Below the pieces are notes generated by a model, which saw only the letters and a program-made list of their open reading frames with translations, ran no database searches and was not told the origin of the DNA. This document shows, in pieces, positions 37,933 to 47,979 of a DNA stretch of 64,000 nucleotides. The stretch's first letter is position 1. Each line of letters begins with the position of its first letter. This DNA is from a virus: positions 96,001-160,000 of IMG/VR virus record IMGVR_UViG_3300029286_002355; one strand, given 5' to 3'. Position numbers and translations under genes: made by a program.

Positions 37933-38787
37933 CTAGCTTTCAAACGATAATTCTTTTGCCTGACGTTTTCCATCAATAATTGTTTCTTTATCTTCATTGT
38001 CTAGTTCGCTTGGTTTTTCCCCAAGTGCTGCATACGTTTCTTTTTCAAAATCAAAATCTGGTAACGCTCCCCTTCCAATATCATGTAGTTTTAGTTGTAA
38101 TTGGATAACGGTAACTCTTCTAGAAAGGGTATCACTTAAACTATCAAGGTTCCTTAAAATATGTAAGCAAGATTTCAAGCAAGCATCTGTTTGTGCAAAA
38201 TCACGCTCAAAATCGCTTAATCTATACGCCGCATCGCCTTTTCGTTTATCCGCACTAGATTCTTTTGAGAACCTTGACCAAGAATCTCTAAGAATATCCA
38301 CGGCTCTCTTTTTAAAACTATGGCATCTTAACAAGCCAATAAATATTTCTGATAATCGATCCTTGGCCGCTTGAACTTTTTCGAATTCCAAATTAATGAC
38401 TTGAAGTGTAGGGGTGGGGCATGATTTTATGGATAACACCTTTAGTTCGGTATAGATAGCATCATAATCTAGTTCAGGAAGATACTTATATTGGAATAAC
38501 ATCCTGTCAACGACTTCTTGATAGGATTCGGGATAGTCATTCCCCATTAAAATAGGAATCACAAAATCTTGGTCTTTTAATTGCGCATGAGGCTTAAACG
38601 GTTCTACCAATTGAACAGGGCTTGATGGAACCGAACTACTTGTTGGATCTATTGTAGGATTAGCCGAAGAAGTAGGAAGCATAGGACTAGACGAACTTCC
38701 TTCATCTGTCAATTTAGTTGTTGTAGGCTTCTTGTCTAACAATCCTAGAAGCTCATCGTCTTCGTCGTATAATTCTTTAGAAGCCAT
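37933..38787 (-). CDS. Hypothetical helical protein
   Basis: 284-aa ORF with a GAGG SD, in the recombination cluster. Confidence 0.65.
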   Translation of the reverse strand: MASKELYDEDDELLGLLDKKPTTTKLTDEGSSSSPMLPTSSANPTIDPTSSSVPSSPVQLVEPFKPHAQLKDQDFVIPILMGNDYPESYQEVVDRMLFQYKYLPELDYDAIYTELKVLSIKSCPTPTLQVINLEFEKVQAAKDRLSEIFIGLLRCHSFKKRAVDILRDSWSRFSKESSADKRKGDAAYRLSDFERDFAQTDACLKSCLHILRNLDSLSDTLSRRVTVIQLQLKLHDIGRGALPDFDFEKETYAALGEKPSELDNEDKETIIDGKRQAKELSFES

Positions 38788-38794
38788 TTTACCT

Positions 38795-38818
38795 CAATGT
38801 CAATGCCAATGCCAATGC
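38795..38818 (+). repeat. Hexamer tandem repeat (CAATGY)x4
   Basis: CAATGT CAATGC CAATGC CAATGC, intergenic, abutting the SD of ORF 37933-38787. Confidence 0.8.
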
Positions 38819-38838
38819 CACAAAATTACTAGAAATTA

Positions 38839-39174
38839 TTAGATAGATTCGTAAACAACCACGTAATCGTTCCCGCTCAAAAAGGCTGTTTGTTTAGGAA
38901 TTAATTTGAAAGTTAATGATCCGATATCGTCTCTAGATATCGTAACTTTATCGCATCCTGCTACTTTACCTTTCCTAAATGCATCAATTGTTGGAGCCCC
39001 AGCTAAACCCGTAATATCAACTTCCACTTTAACTGCCTCTCCAATTTTTCTATCCGAACATCGAACGGTAAACGAATCAATATTGTTTAACGAAGCTATT
39101 TTCCCAAAAGCCACTTCAAACATATCAACAATTTCTTCACTACTTAATTTTTCAACCCTTATTTTCTTATTCAT
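38839..39174 (-). CDS. Hypothetical protein
   Basis: 111-aa ORF with a GGAG SD. Confidence 0.65.
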   Translation of the reverse strand: MNKKIRVEKLSSEEIVDMFEVAFGKIASLNNIDSFTVRCSDRKIGEAVKVEVDITGLAGAPTIDAFRKGKVAGCDKVTISRDDIGSLTFKLIPKQTAFLSGNDYVVVYESI

Positions 39175-39200
39175 GCCTATTCTCCTTTCTCTTATTATAC

Positions 39201-39749
39201 CTATTCGAACAAATCTTTATCGTCATCATCAAAGAATTGTCCTAAATCTTCTTTATCTGTTTTTTCGGATATTTCTGATTTTTCAGCTTCTTTGGTCTTT
39301 TCGTTTTCGTTCCCAGCAGGACTATCATCTTCAAAAAGATTCTTGACATCTTCTTCTACAATCTTTTGAACAGGTGTTTCTTCGGGAATAGGTATTTGAC
39401 TATCTTTGTTATTTTTTTGTTCGGCAGCGGCTTGAATTACTTTTTCTTTGGCTCCATTAGCTATATTGGGAATAGGGCCATTTTCCAACCAAGCAGGAAT
39501 GGCTTTTTGAATAGCCTCTTGAACTTCAACCGCCTGATCAACGCCTTTACCTAATCGTTCGGGGATGGCTTTCATACTACGAATCATATTAGTTACAAGC
39601 TCGTCCCTTAAAGCATCTTCCTTGGCAATTCTCACTGAATCTGAATCAAACTCTATTTCCTCTTCGGCATTTTTAGTTAGTTCGATATGTTGGTAGTTGC
39701 CTACGTTAATACGAATATTAATGCACTCTGCTATTTTTCTTTTCGCCAT
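39201..39749 (-). CDS. Hypothetical protein with acidic tail
   Basis: 182-aa ORF; GGAG SD; promoter at 39779-39786. Confidence 0.7.
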   Translation of the reverse strand: MAKRKIAECINIRINVGNYQHIELTKNAEEEIEFDSDSVRIAKEDALRDELVTNMIRSMKAIPERLGKGVDQAVEVQEAIQKAIPAWLENGPIPNIANGAKEKVIQAAAEQKNNKDSQIPIPEETPVQKIVEEDVKNLFEDDSPAGNENEKTKEAEKSEISEKTDKEDLGQFFDDDDKDLFE

Positions 39750-39801
39750 ACTTCTCCTTGTAATGTTTATTTGAAGATATTATACAACAAAAAATATAAA
39801 A

Positions 39802-42738
39802 CTATAATTTTATGGTAGATGATCCCAATCTATCAAAGACAGAACCACCACCCATCTTTTTCGTGTATTCATCTCGTTTTTTCTTCTGCGCTTTTCCTTT
39901 GTCTACTTCATCTCTAATCTTTTCATATTGTTCTAGTAATGTCGCCTTTGGAACATGCCAGCATTCATCCATACATCCCGCCTTAACCAAAAAAGAGAAA
40001 ACCCTGCTAGTCACTCTTCTTCTGTCAATTCGGTATAGAAAATCTTTAATATCAGTAAAAGGTTGATTTTCGATAATGCTTTCTACTGCTTTTTCACCAA
40101 CATTTTCAACAGTCGTCAATGGGCATCTAATGAAGTCGCATTCCTGACCATCTGAATTTTTACCCCTTGAAATCTTGAATTTAGCTTTACTCTTATTCAA
40201 ATCTGCAGGTTTAATAACCAATCCCATTCGTTTAGCTTCATCTTTATAGCGATTTAATTTCTTGTCTTTGTCATTGTTCTTTATTTCAGATGACAAAAGG
40301 TTGCACATAAATTCTATGGGGTAATATATTTTTAGCCATGCCGTTTGATAAGCTATAAAAGCATAAGCCGTACTATGAGATGCATTAAACCCATAACCTC
40401 CGAAATATTCTATTTGCTCAAATATTTTTTTGGCAATGGCTTCACTAATCCCATTTTTCTTACATCCCTCAATAAACTTTTCATCCAGCTTTTCTTTCTT
40501 GATAAGTTCTGGTTTCTTTTTTCCAACAATCTTTCTTAGGGTATCAGATTGCCCCTTGGTAAACCCCGCTAATTCCTGAGAAACTTTCATCAAAGACTCT
40601 TGGAACACCATAATTCCATAAGTATCTTTTAGTATTTCGCCCATTTTTGGATGAAGATATTCTACCTTCTTCCGTCCATTTTTATAATCCGCATATAAAT
40701 CTGGCACCCCTGCACCCAATGGCCCCGGACGATAAAGAGCATTACAAACAACCAAATCATTGAACGAATCCACATGAATATTTTTCAGGAGTTTAGAGAT
40801 GCCCCAAGCTTCAAACTGAAAAATACCCCAATTATCCATATTCTTCTGCCCACCATGGAACAGAGATAAAACCTTATTATCTGTAGGCTCTAATTTGTCT
40901 ATATCGAAATCATCCTTAATCTTGTCGGGATGCCTTTCTCTAATCATTTTAACAGTATCTTCTATAACCGTAAGCGTTTTTATGGCTAAGAAATCAAATT
41001 TTAACAAACCCAGCTCTTCCACTTCATCTTTATCAAACTGGGAACAAATTTGATCATTAGATTCTCTCACAGCAATATGATCAGTAATTGGATCTTTACA
41101 AATAACAATACCGGCAGCGTGAACACCAGAAGATGATATGGTATTTTCTATATGCATAGCGGCATCAAGCAATTCAGGGTAATTTTCAATAGCCCTTCTA
41201 AAATCATTACTGTCTTTTAATGCACTTTCAAGCGTCACGTTGGGGCCAAAAGGAATAGACTTGGAAATTTGATCTGCTAAACTTAAACTATTCTTGGTTA
41301 ATTCAACTTTAACTTCGGGATTCTTCTGCTTTCTTGCCTGATAAATATCCCAGTCCTTACCAATATCTAGTGCTTTAGCGGCATATCGAATTACTGCCCT
41401 AGCCTTAAAGCTATTGTAGGTTGCTATTTTGCAGCAATGATCTTGTCCATATTTTTGATAAGCATAATGATAAATTTCATTTCTTCTAAAATAGTCGAAA
41501 TCTATGTCTGCATCAGGGGGGCTTACTCTATCGGGATTAATAAAACGTTCAAACAATAATCCATATTTTATTGGATCTAATTTTGTAATTCCTAAAACGT
41601 ATAAACAAAGACATCCTACACCGCTTCCTCTTCCAGCCCCCCATCTTATTCCACTCTGTTTTGCGAAGTTAATAATGTCCCAAAGAATAAGAAAATATCT
41701 TACAAATCCACACTTTATAATTGAATCCATTTCAAATTTAATACGAGTTCGATATTCCGCTTTATCCATCAGCCCTTTTGACTTCATGCCATCTGTAACT
41801 AAGGTTTTTAGATAAGCTATATCATCTGCGAAACCATCGGGAACAGCAAAGTAAGGAAGTAAATCAGGTTCTTGCTCCATTAATCCTGTTTCTACTTTTT
41901 CTGCTATCTCAACCGTGTTAGAAAGCATTTCTGGGGCCGATTTATAAAGACTAAACATTTCATCATAAGACTTAAGATAAAATTCGTTGCTGTTAAAAGT
42001 GAAACGATCAGGATTTTTGATGTGATCTCCTGTTTGCATGGAAAGCAAAATATCCTGATACTTGGCATCTGATTTTTTAGCATAATGAGCATCGTTCGTA
42101 CAAACAGGCTTAACCCCCATTTTTTTTGCAAGCTTAAACAGTTTTTTAGCTATTTCCTTTTCCTTGTTCGCCTGCGCAAGACTTTCTGGATAATATTTAT
42201 GCATCATGATTTCGATATAAAAATCATCACCAAAAAGATCTTTATAATTCTTGACAAAGGTTTCGGCACCCACATCATCTCCTGATAAAACTTTGCTAGG
42301 TAGTTCTCCTGCGGGACATGCCGTTAAACAAATGATTCCTTCGTGATACTTTTGAAGTAATGGGAAATCAATACGTGGCTTCCGATATTTCCCTTCTATC
42401 TCCGCAACACTAGCTAACCGCATGATATTTTGTAAGCCTTTCCTATTCTTTGCCAACAATATGAGATGGTTGATCTTTGTTTCTTTTTCCTTGATTAAAT
42501 GATCTTCGGTAATGTAAACTTCATCTCCCAGAATAGGCTTGATACCCTTATCTTTGCAGGATTTTTGAAAGGAAAATAATCCACCCACAGTCCCATGATC
42601 TGTTATAGCAAGAGATTTATAACCATGTTCTACTGCCGCTTTAGTCATGGCTTCTGTAGAGCATAAGCCATCTAAAAGTGAATATTCGGAATGATTATGC
42701 AAATGAACAAATTTTTCTCCAGTGGTTCCGTCAGACAT
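39802..42738 (-). CDS. dnaE: DNA polymerase III alpha subunit
   Basis: PHP domain HLHNHSEYSLLDG, AITDHG, CTNDAHY; GAGRGSG; RVSPPDADIDF; GLLKFDFLA; GIMVFQE; GYGFNASHS. Confidence 0.97.
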   Translation of the reverse strand: MSDGTTGEKFVHLHNHSEYSLLDGLCSTEAMTKAAVEHGYKSLAITDHGTVGGLFSFQKSCKDKGIKPILGDEVYITEDHLIKEKETKINHLILLAKNRKGLQNIMRLASVAEIEGKYRKPRIDFPLLQKYHEGIICLTACPAGELPSKVLSGDDVGAETFVKNYKDLFGDDFYIEIMMHKYYPESLAQANKEKEIAKKLFKLAKKMGVKPVCTNDAHYAKKSDAKYQDILLSMQTGDHIKNPDRFTFNSNEFYLKSYDEMFSLYKSAPEMLSNTVEIAEKVETGLMEQEPDLLPYFAVPDGFADDIAYLKTLVTDGMKSKGLMDKAEYRTRIKFEMDSIIKCGFVRYFLILWDIINFAKQSGIRWGAGRGSGVGCLCLYVLGITKLDPIKYGLLFERFINPDRVSPPDADIDFDYFRRNEIYHYAYQKYGQDHCCKIATYNSFKARAVIRYAAKALDIGKDWDIYQARKQKNPEVKVELTKNSLSLADQISKSIPFGPNVTLESALKDSNDFRRAIENYPELLDAAMHIENTISSSGVHAAGIVICKDPITDHIAVRESNDQICSQFDKDEVEELGLLKFDFLAIKTLTVIEDTVKMIRERHPDKIKDDFDIDKLEPTDNKVLSLFHGGQKNMDNWGIFQFEAWGISKLLKNIHVDSFNDLVVCNALYRPGPLGAGVPDLYADYKNGRKKVEYLHPKMGEILKDTYGIMVFQESLMKVSQELAGFTKGQSDTLRKIVGKKKPELIKKEKLDEKFIEGCKKNGISEAIAKKIFEQIEYFGGYGFNASHSTAYAFIAYQTAWLKIYYPIEFMCNLLSSEIKNNDKDKKLNRYKDEAKRMGLVIKPADLNKSKAKFKISRGKNSDGQECDFIRCPLTTVENVGEKAVESIIENQPFTDIKDFLYRIDRRRVTSRVFSFLVKAGCMDECWHVPKATLLEQYEKIRDEVDKGKAQKKKRDEYTKKMGGGSVFDRLGSSTIKL

Positions 42739-42739
42739 A

Positions 42740-42943
42740 TTAATCCCACCTTATTAAAGCAACATCTTTTGTTTTGTATTCTGAAATAAAAGGCACCTGA
42801 ACTTTAGATAATTCTACTCTACTCATGGGACCATTGTTCCCTTCTATCTCATCACAAACATATACTTCTAAATTTTTGTCATAAGATTTTAAAGCCTCAA
42901 TTAACTCTTTGATATTCATGTTTATTTTCCTATCTAGATCCAA
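42740..42943 (-). CDS. Small hypothetical phage protein
   Basis: MNIKELIEALKSYDKNLEV-type small ORF. Confidence 0.55.
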   Translation of the reverse strand: MDLDRKINMNIKELIEALKSYDKNLEVYVCDEIEGNNGPMSRVELSKVQVPFISEYKTKDVALIRWD

Positions 42944-43421
42944 AAATCTTGACCGTATAAGATTCCTGTCTTTGATAAATTACTCCGTGGATGAAATAAA
43001 GAAGACGATCTACAAATTCAACCCAATTGTAATTTTCAATATTTATATTCCTAATGCATTCATAAGGCTCTTCACCAAAATTCAAACCAGAATGTAATGG
43101 ATAAACCGGAGTCTTAATAGCAATATTCTTCCCATCCATCCATACATAAATACGTTTACTAAATCCCTTCTTCCCTATAATAAATCCTGTGCAAAACAAA
43201 TCGCTTTCAATAGAACTATCAGAAGGAGCACTTGTGATATTATCGATTACTCCCTCTGACACAAAACAATCCAATATTGCCTTAACTCTTGTTACCATTT
43301 TACCCAGCAACAACTTGTGATCATCGTCTATCTTAGTAGGCAAAAGACCTACCGCTTCCCTAAATGAATTATGAGCGGTTTTTATTCTTTCTCGTATTAA
43401 TGGTGTATTTAACGGTTCCAT
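42930..43421 (-). CDS. Hypothetical protein
   Basis: 163-aa ORF with a GGAG SD. Confidence 0.65.
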   Translation of the reverse strand: MEPLNTPLIRERIKTAHNSFREAVGLLPTKIDDDHKLLLGKMVTRVKAILDCFVSEGVIDNITSAPSDSSIESDLFCTGFIIGKKGFSKRIYVWMDGKNIAIKTPVYPLHSGLNFGEEPYECIRNINIENYNWVEFVDRLLYFIHGVIYQRQESYTVKIFGSR

Positions 43422-43430
43422 TATATCTCC

Positions 43431-44006
43431 TTATTCGTATTCAAATATGCGGGTAGTCAAATATACAGGTATTATGTGATCTACCTTACTATATAAATCC
43501 TGAAATGTTCCATTGTTCTCTAAAATATATTCTGCTTCTAAGTCATAGGCTTCGCTTGCATGCCCTTGAAGACCAACCACCCCGTTACACCCTTCTCTTA
43601 CGGTTTTCATGGAAACAAACGGCATATGATTCTTCAACGCATTATCTTTGAAATATTGAAGCTCATTGGGGAATCGGACATCGGTAACAACATAATTATT
43701 ATCTTTATCGTCGCAAATTCTATACCAAAGAGATTTGACCCATATAGCATCATCTATGTTTTCTCTAAAAAGCTCCGTGCCTATAAACTGCAATAACTTT
43801 CTAACTGTCCAACCCGGCCAGCTCTCCAAAGGTTGTTCTCTTGCCATCCTATCATAAACCATATGCTTATCTAAAACAAAAACATCTTCAACCAGTCTTT
43901 TGATAGGATCAGCCAAGGCTATTCGCTTGAAGCCATATTGCTTAACCAAGTAATCTCCAACGGTGTCCTTCCCGCTTCCTGCTTTTCCGCAAATCCCAAC
44001 CAGCAT
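43431..44006 (-). CDS. Deoxynucleoside monophosphate kinase
   Basis: LVGICGKAGSGKDT, ALADPIK, RKLLQFIGTE, VTDVRFPNE, HASE. Confidence 0.9.
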   Translation of the reverse strand: MLVGICGKAGSGKDTVGDYLVKQYGFKRIALADPIKRLVEDVFVLDKHMVYDRMAREQPLESWPGWTVRKLLQFIGTELFRENIDDAIWVKSLWYRICDDKDNNYVVTDVRFPNELQYFKDNALKNHMPFVSMKTVREGCNGVVGLQGHASEAYDLEAEYILENNGTFQDLYSKVDHIIPVYLTTRIFEYE

Positions 44007-44066
44007 AATCTTCTCCTTTGTATTTTGCTATATTATACAGGAGAAAAATAAGACGTTGGTAAATAA

Positions 44067-44951
44067 TTACTTTTGTGAATCTTGAGGGTCTTTCCCGTTA
44101 AACACAACATCGACCTTATTTGTTATCTTATTAAACGGAGGCATTTCAATCTCTTTAATTTCGGTTCTTTCTACCATAAGATCGGGATTCTTCCTTGCCT
44201 CATGTTTGGGCGGAAGTTTATCAAGTTCTTCCATGGTAAATTTTTTAGTCACGATTCTTCGTTGGACATAAGTTCCACGTTTGAAGAAGGCAGGGTAATC
44301 ATTAAAGTTTACCCCTTTCTTAAATAACATCTCTTGTTTTTCAGATCCATTCTTGCAATACAGTTCCTTGTCAGAATAAAATTCGCTTGCCGCCATTGAA
44401 ATGCTGTTCTTGGTAGCATCCTGTTCTCTCCATAAAAGAGTATTACAGGCTTCTATTTGATTGGGAACCATCCATACCCTGCAATCAAAAACAGGCAACA
44501 TCATGGCTTTTTGAATCCAAAGATTGTGATTATCTAGTTCCCCTTTACTATTATGTTTAAACTCCATCCTAGATTTCGATTCAAACAATCCACTTCTGAT
44601 AAGGGTATTGAAGTATACTGAACACATGGATGCAAGTACCGATGTCATCTTTTGAATTCTTCCATCAAAAAATACTTGACTTTCAGAACTATCGCTATAA
44701 AAGATAAGAGATATTTCGTCAGACTGAGTATATCCAATTTTAGCATTGGTTTCTTCAACCATATACTTAGTTGTTTCTATCATCAGTCGAGAGAAAATTT
44801 CATCATAGGGTCTCCGCATTCCTTCGGTAAAATGATGGAAACTTTTACCATCTAATCTTGCGCAAATGGGTAATAGGGGAATAAACCGCCTATCGGATTC
44901 CTGCCCTTCATATGACTTTATTCTATCGCCTAGTGAATCTTTAGTCTTCAT
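44067..44951 (-). CDS. tRNA(His) guanylyltransferase Thg1 / Thg1-like protein
   Basis: ARLDGKSFHHFT, GYTQSDEISL, FDGRIQK, FDCRV, WREQDATKNSI. Confidence 0.92.
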   Translation of the reverse strand: MKTKDSLGDRIKSYEGQESDRRFIPLLPICARLDGKSFHHFTEGMRRPYDEIFSRLMIETTKYMVEETNAKIGYTQSDEISLIFYSDSSESQVFFDGRIQKMTSVLASMCSVYFNTLIRSGLFESKSRMEFKHNSKGELDNHNLWIQKAMMLPVFDCRVWMVPNQIEACNTLLWREQDATKNSISMAASEFYSDKELYCKNGSEKQEMLFKKGVNFNDYPAFFKRGTYVQRRIVTKKFTMEELDKLPPKHEARKNPDLMVERTEIKEIEMPPFNKITNKVDVVFNGKDPQDSQK

Positions 44952-45153
44952 AATTTCTTTTCCTAATATCGAAATCCATCCTTACGCCACAAATAGTACA
45001 ACGCCCCCTATGATAACGATGAATACATGGCTCAAAAAAATGAAATTTACAATGGGGACAATAATAATGCATTCTGTCTTCTGAATTGGGGAATGAATCC
45101 ATTTCGGACTTGCTACCTTTCCATTTACATTTAGAGCATTCGAATATCTTCAT
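44941..45153 (-). CDS. Small zinc-finger protein
   Basis: CSKC...CPHC...C..H..CTIC. Confidence 0.6.
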   Translation of the reverse strand: MKIFECSKCKWKGSKSEMDSFPNSEDRMHYYCPHCKFHFFEPCIHRYHRGRCTICGVRMDFDIRKRNYED

Positions 45154-45614
45154 ACCTCCAAGTCCTTTATGGGGTTTATAGATTCTGTATCAATATTTTG
45201 TGTTTTTTCGCTAATTTTTTTAATATCGAATCCATTGTCTAAAATAACTTTTCTCAGGTATTTACAACCATTATCTGCTATAGCACTAAAAGATGGATAC
45301 ATAAAAGCCGAAGGCATATCTTTACCCATTGTTTTTTCAAATGCCTTCCAAGCTTTTCTTTCTTTTTTGCTCATGAGAACACTTTGCGGTTTCATTTTAG
45401 ACTCTTCATGCATGGCGTCACATAGTCCCTCATGTAAGAAGTGCAAGGCGGCTTCCAATTCCATACATTTAGGCTTAATAAGGGTTCTACAACTTACTCC
45501 ACCCTCTTTAACTACTACCAGCCAAGTGCCTCTGGAAAGCCCCTCATAAGCATAAGGATCATTGTAGACGATATATTTCTTCCCACGTTTGATATAAAAT
45601 TTTTCACCAGACAT
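45150..45614 (-). CDS. Hypothetical protein
   Basis: 154-aa ORF with an ATGA overlap. Confidence 0.65.
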   Translation of the reverse strand: MSGEKFYIKRGKKYIVYNDPYAYEGLSRGTWLVVVKEGGVSCRTLIKPKCMELEAALHFLHEGLCDAMHEESKMKPQSVLMSKKERKAWKAFEKTMGKDMPSAFMYPSFSAIADNGCKYLRKVILDNGFDIKKISEKTQNIDTESINPIKDLEV

Positions 45615-45616
45615 GA

Positions 45617-46171
45617 TTATCCTTGGGGCTTATTGGGATCTACATCTATAGGAGATTTTACTATAGGATGCTGCTCTGTCAAGTCTCCTGCCACTGTAGT
45701 CCAATGTTCCTCCTCTTTTTCCAGCGGCTTAGCGTTTTTTAAAATATCCCCTGCTTGAGCAATACCGCTACCCTGATTGTTTGGGTTCTTCATTTTCTTA
45801 AAATTGCGCCATCTCCCATGTCTACGCATTCTCTTGTCCTGTCGATTGGTATTAGGACATGACTTTTCGGACACTTTTTCTGTTGGCACCACATCTGTTT
45901 TAATTTCTTTGTCAGATGGTTCCTTAACAGCCATGAAAGCTAATATCTTGAAAACAGGAATAGCATAATCTCCATCTAAAAAAACAAATCCGCATTCAAA
46001 GGAGTCCCTAATGAATTTTACAAAGTTATCCCGATAGGACATCCCAGTATCATATTTAGTATTCAAGTCAGAAAAAGAAACAAAACCTTGAGCTTTTTCT
46101 GTCTTCCAAATTCCAATTCCAATGGATAAGTCTTCAACTTCCTTCTCAAAAATAATTTTAATTTGCTTCAT
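45617..46171 (-). CDS. Hypothetical protein
   Basis: 184-aa ORF with a GGA SD. Confidence 0.6.
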   Translation of the reverse strand: MKQIKIIFEKEVEDLSIGIGIWKTEKAQGFVSFSDLNTKYDTGMSYRDNFVKFIRDSFECGFVFLDGDYAIPVFKILAFMAVKEPSDKEIKTDVVPTEKVSEKSCPNTNRQDKRMRRHGRWRNFKKMKNPNNQGSGIAQAGDILKNAKPLEKEEEHWTTVAGDLTEQHPIVKSPIDVDPNKPQG

Positions 46172-46237
46172 ATTAATCCTTTCTGTATAATGCCTTTGTT
46201 CAATTATACTTGAATTTTGTTTTTTTACAAGGAGTTT

Positions 46238-46846
46238 ATGCTAAAATATCGACAATACAAAAACTATAAGGAGTTCAACGAAGCCAAACAAGCTTGCCGG
46301 GAATGCCAAATTGGTAAAGCATATGATAAGGTAGTTGCGTCTGATGGGAATACTATTAATCCAAAAGTTCTATTCTGCGGTGAAGCTCCGGGGAACGATG
46401 AAGTTATCAAGGGTATTCCGTTTGTAGGCAAAGCAGGGAAATTGCTACGATCAACACTTAAAGAATTTAGATTTACTTCTGAAAACTCCCTCATAACAAA
46501 TACCATCCCTTGCCGCCCCCAAGATAATCAATTCCCCAAAGATGAAGGTATTGTCAAAGCCTGTAAAAATACATGGCTTAGAGAAGAATTGAGGTTAACG
46601 AATCCCGATATCATTGTTCTAGTTGGAGCTAAACCCTTGAAATTTTTATTGGGACTTGAAGGCATAACAAAAACTAGAGGCCAATGGTTTGAAAGAAAAT
46701 TCAATGGCAAAACCATAAAACTCATGGCAATTTTTCATCCTTCTTATGTCCTTCGCAAAGAATATATGGACGAAGGCAAACAAATTAAAGAAGATTTCAG
46801 GAACGATCTAAAATTAATTTCAAAAACATGTGGATTGTCTGTATAA
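46238..46846 (+). CDS. Uracil-DNA glycosylase family 4
   Basis: CRECQI, GEAPG, PFVGKAG, CRP...N, HPSY; AAGGAG SD before ATG 46238. Confidence 0.92.
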   Translation: MLKYRQYKNYKEFNEAKQACRECQIGKAYDKVVASDGNTINPKVLFCGEAPGNDEVIKGIPFVGKAGKLLRSTLKEFRFTSENSLITNTIPCRPQDNQFPKDEGIVKACKNTWLREELRLTNPDIIVLVGAKPLKFLLGLEGITKTRGQWFERKFNGKTIKLMAIFHPSYVLRKEYMDEGKQIKEDFRNDLKLISKTCGLSV

Positions 46847-46902
46847 TGTGATTGGTCGCATTATTAACATCCATCCCGTAAGATGGTAAAGGAGTTGTTC
46901 CT

Positions 46903-47457
46903 ATGTCAAAAAAGTCATCAGAATTCCCTTCCGAAATATTCAACAACACAAAAGACATCATCGATAAGTCTATTCAGAATTGTTATCTTATACAAACCTA
47001 TTCAATGGCAAGCGAAACAACGACAGGATTTTGCCCCAACGATCTATCCTATTGGAAAGAGTTTTGTACTGTAGGAATAAATCTACCAAGAAGAACCGGA
47101 AAAACATACGCTATAACTAATTTAGCTATTGAACGCTTTAACAATGTCATATTCATGTCTCATACGCTAAAGGCAGTAGAATATATGAAAAAGCCTATTG
47201 GTTATCTGCTATCATCTAAAAAATACAACATAGAAAAAGAAACCGCTTCACAAATAAAATTCAGAGATGAAAATGGAATTCTTTCTGAGTTTAACTTTGG
47301 CAGTATAGGTTCTATTGATTCCATGAAAGGTTATTACAATATAGATGCTGTAATCGTTGACAATAGCTTTATGTTATCCGAAAAGAAGAAAGATGACATT
47401 TATCGTTGTTTTGGGCCTAGCATGACGAACCCAAAGTTCTTCATCTTTATAGGATAA
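46903..47457 (+). CDS. Small P-loop-containing hypothetical protein
   Basis: INLPRRTGKT (helicase/terminase-like Walker A) and AVIVDNS; promoter TGTATAAT at 46840-46847. Confidence 0.55.
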   Translation: MSKKSSEFPSEIFNNTKDIIDKSIQNCYLIQTYSMASETTTGFCPNDLSYWKEFCTVGINLPRRTGKTYAITNLAIERFNNVIFMSHTLKAVEYMKKPIGYLLSSKKYNIEKETASQIKFRDENGILSEFNFGSIGSIDSMKGYYNIDAVIVDNSFMLSEKKKDDIYRCFGPSMTNPKFFIFIG

Positions 47458-47979
47458 TTAACCCTGCTTATTTCTCATGCCCATCTCAGTATTTCTAAGT
47501 GTTTCCAAAATATATGGGTTGGGAAGAATATTTTCATCCAATAAAGGCTCTCTTATATATTCCGATGCAAAAGTAGCAACAGCACCACTTCTCGAAACAC
47601 CCGCATTACAATGAATTAAAAGAAGCATCGGTTCAAGCTTGCGTTCAGCCAAATTTAAGAACTCGATTATTTTTCTGGCATGATCTTCGTTAAAAAGAAT
47701 AATCTTGGGATAAACCGGTTTTATCTTTTCATAATCTTCACCCAAAATATCATCAAAACGGATCGACATAACCATTGTCAATCCATCTTTCTCCAAACTT
47801 TCCATATTTTTCCCTTCAATCAAAAATGGCTCATCAAATCCATTAATTGAAAGCAACGCCCACTTCGGCATCATGGTGGGGACAGGCGACAATCCCATTA
47901 CAATCAGTTCTGCCCCAAATCTATTCATTACCTTTATCTGTTTTATCATACGGTTAATCCTATTGGATGTACATAACAC
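47458..47979 (-). CDS. Protein-tyrosine / dual-specificity phosphatase-fold protein
   Basis: LIHCNAGVSRSGAVA (CX5R), ...PNPYI. Confidence 0.85.
   Translation of the reverse strand: MLCTSNRINRMIKQIKVMNRFGAELIVMGLSPVPTMMPKWALLSINGFDEPFLIEGKNMESLEKDGLTMVMSIRFDDILGEDYEKIKPVYPKIILFNEDHARKIIEFLNLAERKLEPMLLLIHCNAGVSRSGAVATFASEYIREPLLDENILPNPYILETLRNTEMGMRNKQG

Noticed and set aside
35743-42738. Inteins or introns in recA or dnaE
   Set aside because: Both proteins have ordinary lengths with continuous motifs, and no C/S...HN-C/S/T splice motifs or embedded endonuclease.
45150-45180. C-terminal ...IKDLEV as a fourth copy of the GSLE(L/V) tail
   Set aside because: It lacks GS, and the LEV codons (TTG GAG GTA) double as the GGAGG SD of the overlapping next gene, which explains them.
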